A stretch of 64,000 nucleotides of DNA. Source: Candidatus Zixiibacteriota bacterium (lineage in GTDB: Bacteria; Zixibacteria; MSB-5A5; GN15; FEB-12). Shown piece by piece: positions 27,801 to 36,959 of the stretch. The stretch's first letter is position 1; each line of letters starts with the position of its first letter. The stretch covers positions 401 to 64,400 of the forward strand of contig JBATNE010000036.1 in the NCBI GenBank assembly GCA_049290195.1, written 5' to 3'. The notes under the pieces are model-generated. The model saw nothing but the letters and a program-made list of their open reading frames with translations, did not search any database and was not told the DNA's origin. The translations under genes were made by a program, and so were the position numbers.

Positions 27801-28527
27801 AAGGCCACATGGTGGACATGGTGCATTCATCGCAGTTTGGAATTCCGCTATAACCGACAACACCGTACTCGTCGCCGAATATTCCATCGATATTCAAGGC
27901 CGTGCAGATTGAGTCATAGACGTGCGCGAGGTAATAACCATACCGTTTTGAACGCGGATCAAACATCATGCGCTGCTGGTTTGATGCATAGTTGATGAAC
28001 TTCAGAATGCCGCCGGCATTGGTGGTCGCATTGCCGCAATATGTATAACCGGGGCAGGCGCGATTGTTGATGACGACCTGTCCGTTGGCGACAATCAACA
28101 GAGATTCGAGCGGAACACCGGTGGCCTGAGCATACCGGATGATATTCATCGAATCGGAAGGGACGTAGTTGGCGATATCAAAAGCCTGACGGGCATGAAG
28201 ATCGTATTTGGTGATCTTCATATTCGGATTCCACTTTTTCATGGAGTCGGCTTCCTGCCGATTCAATCCATTCCCGAACCAATTGCTGCCATTTGGAAAC
28301 TGGGCACTGGTATAATAGCCGTACCGTTCAGCAACCCATTTCCAGGCGCCTGTTGACAGACCCTGCGCCGGGGCATCGATATTGTTGTCGCCGGAGCCAA
28401 TTATTCCAATACGCAACTGCTTGGATTTAGGGGCTGGGCTCTGGGCTTGGCTGATAAGAGGTACGCTTATCAACGTCAAGAGCAGCATAACAGTTACGGG
28501 TAGTGACATTCGTCGCCACCGATTCAT
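24874..28527 (-). CDS. Large secreted surface protein: unknown N-terminal domain, 2 Calx-beta, 2 FN3, an Ig-like domain and a T9SS/FlgD-type C-terminal sorting domain
   Basis: AGGAG RBS and signal peptide MNRWRRMSLPVTVMLLLTLISVPLISQAQS. Calx-beta repeats (FRASTASGTATSGTDFTAISNQ) occur twice and FN3 (TW.APGGNGNTG..AGY) twice. The C-terminus reads YPNPFS...VAPGTYMWYL...GKIVVLP. Confidence 0.8.
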   Translation of the reverse strand: MNRWRRMSLPVTVMLLLTLISVPLISQAQSPAPKSKQLRIGIIGSGDNNIDAPAQGLSTGAWKWVAERYGYYTSAQFPNGSNWFGNGLNRQEADSMKKWNPNMKITKYDLHARQAFDIANYVPSDSMNIIRYAQATGVPLESLLIVANGQVVINNRACPGYTYCGNATTNAGGILKFINYASNQQRMMFDPRSKRYGYYLAHVYDSICTALNIDGIFGDEYGVVGYSGIPNCDECTMSTMWPLRESNYWVSGWDNFKKPFGVSQANFYNGRDSLRKWDTLNWFKAMTDSLVNVRGRIYFMNTSANGGSIPGYWNQWTTEIAPMVRLAKATAQGEYTYQYPGDGNYYSNCRVFMQQMVATRDFARQMGYMWIRVGQYDQTQQGHSLDRSQMTALGFMLDISVLNKSTINPYGRTDLFFLPCLKNGQTDFYWNYARDISGVVLQDTTALWSYAWGKYFGDPSGVIDTSQTGTDGSSQAYRIDKAIFLKPGTTDTLTLSIGRIGRGTSSYDTSGTGVNVTLPGSASVNWYPLRSRSHAVKWDAPLPGGTVIKIGNAHFQIFSRDTVLANNGPADTTISIGDASVTEGGTANVTVALSKVLATNLTFRASTASGTATSGTDFTAISNQLYTIAAGQLSTTIPVVTTQDATVEANETFAVTISSQSLGTISRATGAGTILNDDSAPTTDSIYISNASVPEGGTASVLVTVSRAQSSNLTFRASTASGTATSGTDFTAISNQTYTITAGQLTTTVPVVTLPDAIADANETFTVTISNASIGTISRATGTVTIVDDTVPPAKTIDLGCTPGSAPGQLILTWHAPGGNGNTGRAAGYQIGFSVDSITTATWGTVSVTKLNNPVTPGAVGSAQSFTLNSTHGLVAGTKYWVALKAYDSANNYSPVSNVPSAVATPQVVATDTIPPATISSVSCVAGTNPAQLVVTWAAPGGNGNTGKVAGYEVGYARDSITESIWPTAAVHQVGDLVVPVSAGGTQQLVLTASNGLLEGVKYWLGVKAFDSAGNYTPLSNVSSATTKTTISTGGEVCFAETVSPPIGGQVAVSHPTMTVQNTTCAVPGPHTYFFEVARDSGFTQVVAQSTNVTEGQQVTSWMPADRLSAAQYYWHVRVDDQEFGETSYFTVKPETFAYPNPFSISLAGQVTFADVPQGSNLLITSVSGEVIKRWTNLPAGDVTWTGQNESGNRVAPGTYMWYLEDSATRGKIVVLP
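26138..26809 (-). repeat. Tandem ~336-bp intragenic duplication (two Calx-beta modules)
   Basis: The DNA encoding ..ASGTATSGTDFTA.. recurs at an offset of 336 bp (26333 vs 26669). Boundaries are approximate. Confidence 0.6.
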
Positions 28528-28986
28528 AAAAACTCCTTCAGTTGCACGATTGATGGGAAACATCGCAGTACAACTACATTATACAAGCTGCGGGCCGAAA
28601 AAACCAGCATTTGCCAAATTGCCTCGTTTACTGAACCGATTCCTAGCCAATGCGTTAGAGATAGACCGGGAATTTTGTCCGGTTTCCTCAGGATCGACGT
28701 GTCGATACCTAAGTTCATTTTCGGCCAAATTTCTCGACAATTTAGCCTTATCTCCTTGTCGACCAACCTGAACTAAGGCTGATCAAGCGCTGACGCGACT
28801 TGATGAGAGATCCATCAGAATGCGATCCCGTGGCAGGCTGTACTCGAATTGCACAGCTAACGTGGAACGCCTATCTCGCCGACTGATAATAATTGCGCTC
28901 CTAGGTCCATTTTAGTATATTACAGGCCTAGTTCTGCTGCACTCTTCAAGTCAGTTTCCAGTTAGCGTAACCCGGGATCTATTGAA

Positions 28987-30300
28987 ATGTCTTTGTTGAA
29001 AAAAGCCAAGCTTGAACTGGCGGACCGCGCCAAATATAGCCCCAGTTCCCGAGTTTTGCTTAGTCGCGTGCTTGAAGCAGTCGACAAGGTTTCTTCAAAA
29101 TCTGACCCGACCGGCATAGTTGAGTCGATTAAGCGATTGACTTTGGCGGCCCGGCTGGGTCATGGGCGCCGGTCGGTCGACCGGCTCGAATCGGAGTTGC
29201 GTGAACGGATCGATTCGTGGGACTTAGCCAAATTCGATTGGAATCTGAACTTCCCCGGATCAAGGGAGGCCAAAGTCGAACGGGCAATTATCCTCAAAGC
29301 ACCCGGACCCTCAGGTGAAAAAGGGGTTCTCTTTGTCGCATTCGAAGACAACTGGCTCCGCCTCCTTCGCCACGCCGACGTCAACTTGCTGGCCAGTCAA
29401 TATCATTTGATCATTGCCCCCTCCTGGTCTCCACCCCACGATCTTCCCCTCCTGGTCGCCATCAAGTTGTGGCCCGGACCTCTGAACACCATCATGAGCT
29501 CCCTGGAGGATGCACCCGTCTTTGAACAGCTTTCGGAACGGCTAATTGCCATTCCGCTGCTGCCGTCGAGCTGGGTCAACCCAAGGACCTTCTCACCGCA
29601 TGGCGACGAAGCCAAGAAATATGACATCGTTATGGTGTCCAATTTTGCCCGCTACAAGCGCCATTTCGCTCTGTTCAGAGCGCTTCGTGAAATGGACCCC
29701 AAGATCCGAGTCGCGCTGATTGGAGTACGGCTCGAAGGCCGGACTCCTGATGATTTGATGGGCGAGGCGACAATGTACGGCGTGGCCGATCGAATTCAGA
29801 TTATGGAGAGAGTCCCGGATGCCGAGATGATCAAGACGATTCACTCATCGAAGGTGAGTATCATCATGTCCAAAGGGGAAGGCTCTTGCGTTGCGGTAGC
29901 CGAATCGCTTTTTGCAGATGTTCCGGTTGGCCTTATTGAAGGAGCCAACGTGGGGTCCCGGTCGTTCATCAACAGCCGGACCGGCAGATTTCTCCGGGAC
30001 GATCACCTGGCCGAGGATCTGACCGATTTCATTGCCCACCACAGCGACTACCACCCGCGACAGTGGATGCTTGAAAACGGGAAGTCGTTCAACGAGAGCT
30101 CGGTCATGCTGAATGATGTCGTCAAAGCTTCGTCGATTGGCCGCGGTGAACCCTGGACAGCCGATTTGCAGCCCTTTCACTGGCGGCCATACCCCATGTT
30201 CCTACGCAGAAACCAGCTGGATGCCGTTCTCCCGGAATATGAACGCTTCCAGAAGACATTTGGTATCCCCCTGGCATACCTGGAGCCGCGGGAAGTGTAG
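28987..30300 (+). CDS. Putative glycosyltransferase (GT-B, GT4-like C-terminal half)
   Basis: YDIVMVSNFARYKRH...IALIG...SKVSIIMSKGEGSCVAVAESLFADVPV resembles the GT4 E-x7-E region. The N-terminal half is unrecognised. Confidence 0.5.
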   Translation: MSLLKKAKLELADRAKYSPSSRVLLSRVLEAVDKVSSKSDPTGIVESIKRLTLAARLGHGRRSVDRLESELRERIDSWDLAKFDWNLNFPGSREAKVERAIILKAPGPSGEKGVLFVAFEDNWLRLLRHADVNLLASQYHLIIAPSWSPPHDLPLLVAIKLWPGPLNTIMSSLEDAPVFEQLSERLIAIPLLPSSWVNPRTFSPHGDEAKKYDIVMVSNFARYKRHFALFRALREMDPKIRVALIGVRLEGRTPDDLMGEATMYGVADRIQIMERVPDAEMIKTIHSSKVSIIMSKGEGSCVAVAESLFADVPVGLIEGANVGSRSFINSRTGRFLRDDHLAEDLTDFIAHHSDYHPRQWMLENGKSFNESSVMLNDVVKASSIGRGEPWTADLQPFHWRPYPMFLRRNQLDAVLPEYERFQKTFGIPLAYLEPREV

Positions 30301-30407
30301 CCGGAAATGCCCTGTACTGAGGCACGACCAAGGGCAAGGCCGGCTAACAGACTTTGGAATTCATCCGATAACAGATTATACTCAGGGTTCACATTCACTA
30401 ATACAGT

Positions 30408-32624
30408 ATGACGACGACAATGAAACAGGAGTTTAAGGCTGCGGCCGGTCAGACCTATCGGGCGTTTTCTGGCCTCTACCTCAAAGTATTTGAGGAGCGG
30501 AATGCGCTTGTTTCGTTCCTGTTGCATGGACTCTTCAATTCGGTTGAGGAGCGCGAGAACGCGCCGGTAGACCCCATGGGGGGGCTGACTACTCAGGATT
30601 TCCGAGACTTCATTGAGTACTTCCTCGATCACAACTACACTTTTGTGAGCCCGGAACAGATTCTGGCCGGACTGGAACCCGGCGCAAAGTATGCCCTGCT
30701 CACGTTCGACGACGGATATTTCAATAACAGCCTGGCGGTCCCCGTACTCAGAGAATTCAAGGTCCCGGCAGTCTTCTTCATTTCCACGCGTCATGTCTTG
30801 GAAAGCAAATCCTTCTGGTGGGACGTATTGTATCGAGAACGGCTCAAGGCGGGCGCGACGCGCGACGCAATTGTGGCTGAAGGACGAATTCTCAAGAGCA
30901 TGACGACCGATGAGGTTGAAACTTATCTGATTGCCAAATTTGGCAGTAAGTCGTTTGACCCGGTCACCGATGTTGATCGGCCGTTTACCCCAGACGAACT
31001 GCGCGCATTTGCGTCAGAACCGTATGTCCACATCGGCAACCACACGCACAACCACGCAATTCTGACCAATTATTCGCCCGACGGTATGCGTCGGGAGATG
31101 ACCGACGCCCAGAATGCGCTGGCCCAGATGATTGGGAAGGCACCGAATTTCGTTTCATACCCCAATGGTAACTACTCCGATGACGTCATCAGAGTGGCGC
31201 AGGAAGTCGGATTCAGTCTGGGGGTCACGGTCGACCGCAGGAAGAACTATCTTCCGGTTACCCTGACCGGCGATGCGCCGTTTCGGTTGGGCAGGTTTAT
31301 GCCGATTGCATCGCGCAATCTCATCGAACAATATTCATGGTTTCGATCAGACCGCGTGTTGCTCGGACCGCTTAAATCACCAAAACCGCGACAGCTGGCC
31401 GCCGCTCCAGGTGCGGGGCGTGGGCCATCGCGTATACGTGTCCTCCAACTCATAGAGGATTTTGGGCTCGTTGGCGGCGCCGAAAAATTGGTGCTCGACA
31501 TACTGACCAATCTGGATCGAACGTCGTTTGAGCCTCATGTGGCGGTAGTCGGACCCAAGATTATTCCGGAGCTCTGTCGCAGCACCGGTGCCAAAGTGCA
31601 CAGGATTGATGAACAAGGGCGACTGAACTGGGCGGTGATCAGAGAGCTGAACCGGATAATCAGGGAGAATAAAATTGATGTCATTCACAGTCACCTGATT
31701 AAGATGAACACCCTCAATGGTGTTGCGTCGCGATGGTGCGGGCGCCCGGGTGTCGGTTCCGTGCACGGTGTGCTGGCGCACGAAACATCATTCCGCTCAA
31801 AAATGTACGCCAAACTTGCCGGCTGGCTGAGCGCCAGAACAGTGGTCGTGTCAGAGTCGCTGGGAAAGCACTACATCAAGACCTATCATGTCGATCCTGA
31901 TAAAATCGTCACAGTTTACAATGGCTTTGACGCCACGCGACTCGTTCCTCCGTCCGAACTCCGCCTCAACGAGTTTCGCAAAACGGTTGGGTGCCCAAAG
32001 GGGCGTCGCGTCATCTGCGCGATCGGCAATGTCGCCGAAGTGAAGGGATATCGCTATTTGATCGAAGCCGTGGCGCACATCGCCAAGACACATCCAGATA
32101 TTATGCTTCTCATCGCCGGCAACGATGCTGTTAGAGACGACTCCGGTAAGTTTCTGTCTCAGCCGGGCAGTGCTCGGGAGCAGCTTGGACTGACGAAACT
32201 CGCCGATGATCTCGGCGTTCGCGATAGGGTCGTCTTTCTGGGTGAATTTAGGGAGATAGCTCTCCTTCTTGCCATATCCGATCTCTATGCCTGCTCATCT
32301 CTCCATGAAGGCTTCTCTCTCACCACTGTGGAAGCAATGGCTTCAGGTCTGCCGGTTGTGGTCAGTGATTGCGGTGGTCCGACCGAAATTGTGACTAACG
32401 GAGTTGATGGTCTGGTTGTACCCGTCGCCGATTCCGGGGCGATCGCTGCCGCGGCACTCAGGATCCTGGATGATCGTGATCTTGCCCGACGCATGGGGGA
32501 ATCCGGAAAAGCCAAGGCCTATGGCAAGTTCTCAATGGAAAAATTTGTGCAGGCTCATGAGTCACTCTATCGCCAACTCTGCCTCTCACTGATGAGTCCC
32601 GATCTCTACAGCTCTGAATCGTGA
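30408..32624 (+). CDS. Fusion protein: polysaccharide deacetylase (CE4/NodB) + GT4 glycosyltransferase
   Basis: The N-terminal half has LLTFDDGY and GNHTHNH CE4 motifs. The C-terminal half has RVLQLIEDFGLVGGAEK.. and EGFSLTTVEAMASGLPVVVSDCGG, and is paralogous to 36960..38084. Confidence 0.8.
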   Translation: MTTTMKQEFKAAAGQTYRAFSGLYLKVFEERNALVSFLLHGLFNSVEERENAPVDPMGGLTTQDFRDFIEYFLDHNYTFVSPEQILAGLEPGAKYALLTFDDGYFNNSLAVPVLREFKVPAVFFISTRHVLESKSFWWDVLYRERLKAGATRDAIVAEGRILKSMTTDEVETYLIAKFGSKSFDPVTDVDRPFTPDELRAFASEPYVHIGNHTHNHAILTNYSPDGMRREMTDAQNALAQMIGKAPNFVSYPNGNYSDDVIRVAQEVGFSLGVTVDRRKNYLPVTLTGDAPFRLGRFMPIASRNLIEQYSWFRSDRVLLGPLKSPKPRQLAAAPGAGRGPSRIRVLQLIEDFGLVGGAEKLVLDILTNLDRTSFEPHVAVVGPKIIPELCRSTGAKVHRIDEQGRLNWAVIRELNRIIRENKIDVIHSHLIKMNTLNGVASRWCGRPGVGSVHGVLAHETSFRSKMYAKLAGWLSARTVVVSESLGKHYIKTYHVDPDKIVTVYNGFDATRLVPPSELRLNEFRKTVGCPKGRRVICAIGNVAEVKGYRYLIEAVAHIAKTHPDIMLLIAGNDAVRDDSGKFLSQPGSAREQLGLTKLADDLGVRDRVVFLGEFREIALLLAISDLYACSSLHEGFSLTTVEAMASGLPVVVSDCGGPTEIVTNGVDGLVVPVADSGAIAAAALRILDDRDLARRMGESGKAKAYGKFSMEKFVQAHESLYRQLCLSLMSPDLYSSES

Positions 32625-32674
32625 CCGCGCACATGTATGCGGGGCAAAGTACGCATTGAACTGTCTGGAGTTGA

Positions 32675-33445
32675 TTACTTCCCGAGGGACGAAATACCTA
32701 TCAGCCGGTTCTTCAACGATTTGATCCCATTTCTCATGTAGAGTGGCAACGTAGCTGACAAATCTCCACCTACTAAAGCAGCCAACTTCTCAATTGAGTC
32801 GTAGGGATCTCGCATCATAATCCGTGGGAGACGGTAGAGGTCCGCGGTAGGGTCGGCGAGTCCGTAATAGGACGTGCAGACTACTCGATATCCGGTGGCC
32901 AGGGCCAATTTACGGATGGAGGCCGGATACCCGCCCATGGGTACGGCAAGCGCTGTCACCGGTAAACCCACATGGTCTTCGATCTGCCTTTTTGACTCGG
33001 CCAGTTCCTGTTCAACACCTGTTTCTGACAATCGATTGAGCAGCTGGTGACTCAGTCCATGTGACTGAACGGCAATATCCACCGTCCCCAGTTCTCTGAG
33101 TTCCTGCCAGTGAAGGTAACCCGGATTTCCCACCCACTGGGGAATCACAAACAGCTCTGCCGGGAAGCGAAATTCCTGGAGGACTTTCGCGGCAAGGTCA
33201 GCGACGCTGCGATGACCGTCGTCAATGGTTATCACCACCGGTCGGTCAGGCAGCTGTCTCTCTCCGCGACGCGCCTGGAGAATCATCTCAAAACTGACGG
33301 CTTGGAAGCCGTGTGCCGTCAACCACGCGAGGTGGTCTCTGAAGAGACTGACGGGCGTAATGAATGCGATGTCTTCTTCCTTGATGCCGGTTTGGACGCG
33401 GCGGGACTCACCAAAGAAATGATAGACGAGTATCGGTACAGTCAT
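32675..33445 (-). CDS. Polysaccharide deacetylase (CE4)
   Basis: VPILVYHFF, VVITIDDGHRS and QSHGLSH motifs. The MTVPIL start is chosen because it lies 7 nt after the upstream gene's stop. Confidence 0.8.
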   Translation of the reverse strand: MTVPILVYHFFGESRRVQTGIKEEDIAFITPVSLFRDHLAWLTAHGFQAVSFEMILQARRGERQLPDRPVVITIDDGHRSVADLAAKVLQEFRFPAELFVIPQWVGNPGYLHWQELRELGTVDIAVQSHGLSHQLLNRLSETGVEQELAESKRQIEDHVGLPVTALAVPMGGYPASIRKLALATGYRVVCTSYYGLADPTADLYRLPRIMMRDPYDSIEKLAALVGGDLSATLPLYMRNGIKSLKNRLIGISSLGK

Positions 33446-33452
33446 GGCGGCC

Positions 33453-34598
33453 CTATCCTCGCGATTCCGACCAGGTCGTTTGCTTGGGTGAAGTAAAATA
33501 CTCATACCAGGACAACAGCAGCGCCAGGTTAGACGATACGAAGAAATAGATTAGTCTGAGAACTTTAGGGCTCGAAGACTGATTGCGCTTCGCAAATCCT
33601 ACGACGGCTAGCGAATAGAAGCCGATTTGGGCAAGCGCAACAATCCCCCATTTACCGATAGGGTGCTGAGCAGCCAAACAAAGGTTGGCAACCAGAGCGG
33701 CGATCATGGCAAAAGGCACCAACCACCGAAGCATCTTGTGGCTCCAGAGCTGGATGCTGTAGAACCCGTAGGTAAACGGGTTAAGCAGCTGCCGCTTGTA
33801 CATGAGGGCGTTGATTCCCCCTAATGTCATGCGGGCGCGGCGAGAGAATTCCCTTCCGACACTGGGTATCATCGGAACAAACGAGCGAGCTTTCGACCAG
33901 TGAATGCAGCGGAAGTGCCTCTGGGCCACAGTCAGCGGAATGACCGTATCATCAATGAGGTAATCCGGAATCGGTTCAAAGAACATTTTGCGTACAGCGT
34001 AAAAACAACCGCTGGCCGAGACAATTGAACTGATGGCAGATTCGGAGTCTCGAAGCCACATTTCGTATTTTACATAGGCACCCTGGGCAGATTCGGTGAC
34101 CGAGCCATCGGGAGAAACCCAGATATCCTGACTTGATACCAGCCCAATGCGGGGATCCTCAAGGTTGGTCACCAACTCCCGAATCGACTGCTTTTCCAGC
34201 ATCGTAGTGAGGTCGGTGAAGATCAGGATCTCGTATTTGGCGCGATCTACCCCTTTTTTTTGAGCGGCAGTCTTGCCGGCCCGGGGAATCTGACGGATGA
34301 GAGTGACTCTGGTATCGGGATATGACTCGACAATACTGTCAGTGCCGTCATCGGAACCATCGGTGATTACAATAACTTCGATCTTATCTGTCGGATAGTC
34401 GCAATCAAACGTGTTGTCGAGCTTTTGTTTTATCGAAGCCGCCCCTTTGTAAGCTGCGATGATGATAGTAACGGCCGGGGTGAACGACCCGGTCGTTTCA
34501 GGGGCCTCGGCTCGCGGCATCAGTTTGAGAAGAACGGGATATCCAATATACGTGTAGAGAATTAACCCGACACCCAGGACAAAGAGCAACTCAAGCAC
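33453..34598 (-). CDS. GT2 membrane glycosyltransferase (processive-synthase-like architecture)
   Basis: N-terminal TM segment, VTIIIAAYKG.., VIVITDGSDDGT and GCFYAVRK motifs, then several C-terminal TM helices. Confidence 0.75.
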   Translation of the reverse strand: MLELLFVLGVGLILYTYIGYPVLLKLMPRAEAPETTGSFTPAVTIIIAAYKGAASIKQKLDNTFDCDYPTDKIEVIVITDGSDDGTDSIVESYPDTRVTLIRQIPRAGKTAAQKKGVDRAKYEILIFTDLTTMLEKQSIRELVTNLEDPRIGLVSSQDIWVSPDGSVTESAQGAYVKYEMWLRDSESAISSIVSASGCFYAVRKMFFEPIPDYLIDDTVIPLTVAQRHFRCIHWSKARSFVPMIPSVGREFSRRARMTLGGINALMYKRQLLNPFTYGFYSIQLWSHKMLRWLVPFAMIAALVANLCLAAQHPIGKWGIVALAQIGFYSLAVVGFAKRNQSSSPKVLRLIYFFVSSNLALLLSWYEYFTSPKQTTWSESRG

Positions 34599-35829
34599 CC
34601 TGCGTTCCTTCGGCTTTGACTTTTTCTCGCCTCACTGCGATGGCCTGTTCCCAGGCAGCGATCTGCGTCTTGGCTACTTTGCGCCAGTCGTATTTTTCCA
34701 GTACGAGCGTCCGCCCAACTTCACCGAGACGGGCTCGAAATGCCGGACGGTCAAACAACTCAAGTACGCGCGCGGCAAACTCCTCAGGCGTGTCGGCCAG
34801 GACAATATCCTCACCGTTGCGAACGTCGAGACCCTCGGCACCGATGGTCGTGGAAATGACCGCTTTCTGCATTGCCAGCGCCTCCAGGATCTTCAACCGA
34901 CTTCCTCCCCCAATCCGAAGCGGAACGATATATACTGCGGCAGGCGCACTATATGCGCGCACGTCATCAACTCTTCCGGTAACTGTTATCCCCTGTTCCG
35001 TCTTTCCGATCGAAATCAACTTGTCCGACGGGCGCCGCCCGACTATCCAGGCATGAGCGCTGGGGCACTTTTGAAGTATGAGTGGCCAGATGGCATCGAC
35101 GAAGTATCCTATAGCGTCCTGGTTAGGGCGCCAGTCCATCGAGCCAGTAAATACCATACTATTGGGAATGGTCTCGCTGGGAATGGGATGGAAGTAGTCG
35201 GTATCGACCCCGTTGGGGACCACCACTACATTGTGGACTTTGTAGCTCTGGGCGAGACGCAGGCGGTCGTCCTCGGAAACGGCGGCGACAATGTCAAACT
35301 TGCGGCACATTTCCCCTTCGAATCGAGCGACCTTCTTGTATTGCTCGTGGATGTATTTCCGTTTAAGCGGGTTCTTTTCTTCTTCGTAGTACCGTTCCCA
35401 GATGACGGCTTCCATGTTATGTTCGGTCAAGAGTGTGGGAATTGGGCAGTCGGCGGGGACGGCAGCCGCGAGCGAAATGGAATCGCAATGGACGACGTCG
35501 TATTGACCGCTATAGCAAAGCTCCGCGATCTTCTGGACGTAAGGTCCGAACTGGTGCTTGTCGGAAATAAACGGCCGCGGTGACCACAGACTCTTGATGA
35601 GGCCGGTTACCATGCCCAGGCGCGACATTGGCGTTCGCTGTACATAGAGAACTTCCGCGCAATGCTCTTTCATCTGCGCACTTCGTTCCGCATAGCTCGT
35701 GTCCTGAGCCATGGTCAATAGCGTAACTTCGGCAGCACCCTGGGAGTGTTTGATCAAATTGAAGGTTCGGATGCGGGCGCCGGTGTCGGTCGGCCACGGG
35801 ACATCGCCGGTCAAGAACAGTACTTTCAT
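34591..35829 (-). CDS. GT4 glycosyltransferase
   Basis: MKVLFLTGDVPWPTDTGARIRTFNLIKH at the N-terminus resembles, from memory, the PEP-CTERM-locus stp1 type. The C-terminus has GGGSRLKILEALAMQKAVISTTIGAEG. Confidence 0.75.
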   Translation of the reverse strand: MKVLFLTGDVPWPTDTGARIRTFNLIKHSQGAAEVTLLTMAQDTSYAERSAQMKEHCAEVLYVQRTPMSRLGMVTGLIKSLWSPRPFISDKHQFGPYVQKIAELCYSGQYDVVHCDSISLAAAVPADCPIPTLLTEHNMEAVIWERYYEEEKNPLKRKYIHEQYKKVARFEGEMCRKFDIVAAVSEDDRLRLAQSYKVHNVVVVPNGVDTDYFHPIPSETIPNSMVFTGSMDWRPNQDAIGYFVDAIWPLILQKCPSAHAWIVGRRPSDKLISIGKTEQGITVTGRVDDVRAYSAPAAVYIVPLRIGGGSRLKILEALAMQKAVISTTIGAEGLDVRNGEDIVLADTPEEFAARVLELFDRPAFRARLGEVGRTLVLEKYDWRKVAKTQIAAWEQAIAVRREKVKAEGTQGA

Positions 35830-36953
35830 CGGTCTGCAGCCTTAATGACTTGGTCGTACAATTCGGCAAACTCCCTTACATATCTCGATATGCTATAGTG
35901 TTCAGAAACACGGGTGTACCCGGCTTCTGCCATACTTGTTCTCAGTGCGGCATCTTCAACGAGCGGTGCCAATGCTTCGGCCAATGCCGAAGGGTCGCCG
36001 GTAGCACAGAGACGCCCCATCTGATCATTCGCGATCACATCAGGGCATCCACCAACCCGTGTGGTCACCGATGGTACGCCGTAAGCCATTGCTTCAAGCA
36101 GTGCCATGGGCAGACCTTCGGTAAACGACGGCAGCGCAAAGATGTCCAGGCCGCGATAGACGGCTTCCATATCAGACCGCCATCCTGCGAACTGCACAAT
36201 CTTGTCCACGCCAAGCTCGACAGCAAGTAATTTCAACTCTTCGCGCAATGGACCGTCGCCAACAAGGACGTACCGGGCGCGCGGGAACCGGCTCTGCAAT
36301 AGGGCAGCTGCCTGAATCAGAATACGGTGTCCCTTCTCGACGCTCAACCGACCGACGGAACCAATGAGAACTGATTCGACTTCAAAGCCAAGATCAATTT
36401 TCAATTCCGGACTTCGCGTCAATTTCGATGCAGGAGGAACTATGACACCATTTTCTATAAGGCGCAGCCGATCAGAGGCGATGCCGAGACGCGACAGCTC
36501 TGCAAATTTTGGTTTTGAAACAGCGGCTACTCCTTCGACGTGCTTCAGCAGTTTCCCCTCAATGTATTCATACAGCCGAACTTTGAATGACTGCGACGTC
36601 CAGCCGTGGGCAACCGCGACTATAGGTAGCGTGCTCTTGCGCCGTGCCAGCAGGGTTATGGCCAGGGCACGGTAATCGTGTGATACGATTAATCGGGGGC
36701 GGAGTTCGGCGATCAGCGATTTCACTTTGCCAACCGCGGCATAATCGAATGATCCGGAAATTGTAATCGGGCGGGTGGGAATACCCTGCTTAGCGGCAAA
36801 ATTCAAGAATTGATTTTCCTTGTTCGGCAGGACAAACGACGCCAGCGTGAACCGAAAGTGCGCGGAATCCATACCGGTTATTCCGGATAAGATCAGCTTC
36901 TCTGGGCCGCCGACCAGAAAGCCGGACCGAATGTGAAGAATAGGCGTGGACAT
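35826..36953 (-). CDS. GT4 glycosyltransferase
   Basis: EGLPMALLEAMAYGVPSVTTRVGG. A 4-nt overlap with the downstream gene suggests translational coupling. Confidence 0.8.
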   Translation of the reverse strand: MSTPILHIRSGFLVGGPEKLILSGITGMDSAHFRFTLASFVLPNKENQFLNFAAKQGIPTRPITISGSFDYAAVGKVKSLIAELRPRLIVSHDYRALAITLLARRKSTLPIVAVAHGWTSQSFKVRLYEYIEGKLLKHVEGVAAVSKPKFAELSRLGIASDRLRLIENGVIVPPASKLTRSPELKIDLGFEVESVLIGSVGRLSVEKGHRILIQAAALLQSRFPRARYVLVGDGPLREELKLLAVELGVDKIVQFAGWRSDMEAVYRGLDIFALPSFTEGLPMALLEAMAYGVPSVTTRVGGCPDVIANDQMGRLCATGDPSALAEALAPLVEDAALRTSMAEAGYTRVSEHYSISRYVREFAELYDQVIKAADR

Positions 36954-36959
36954 GAAATG

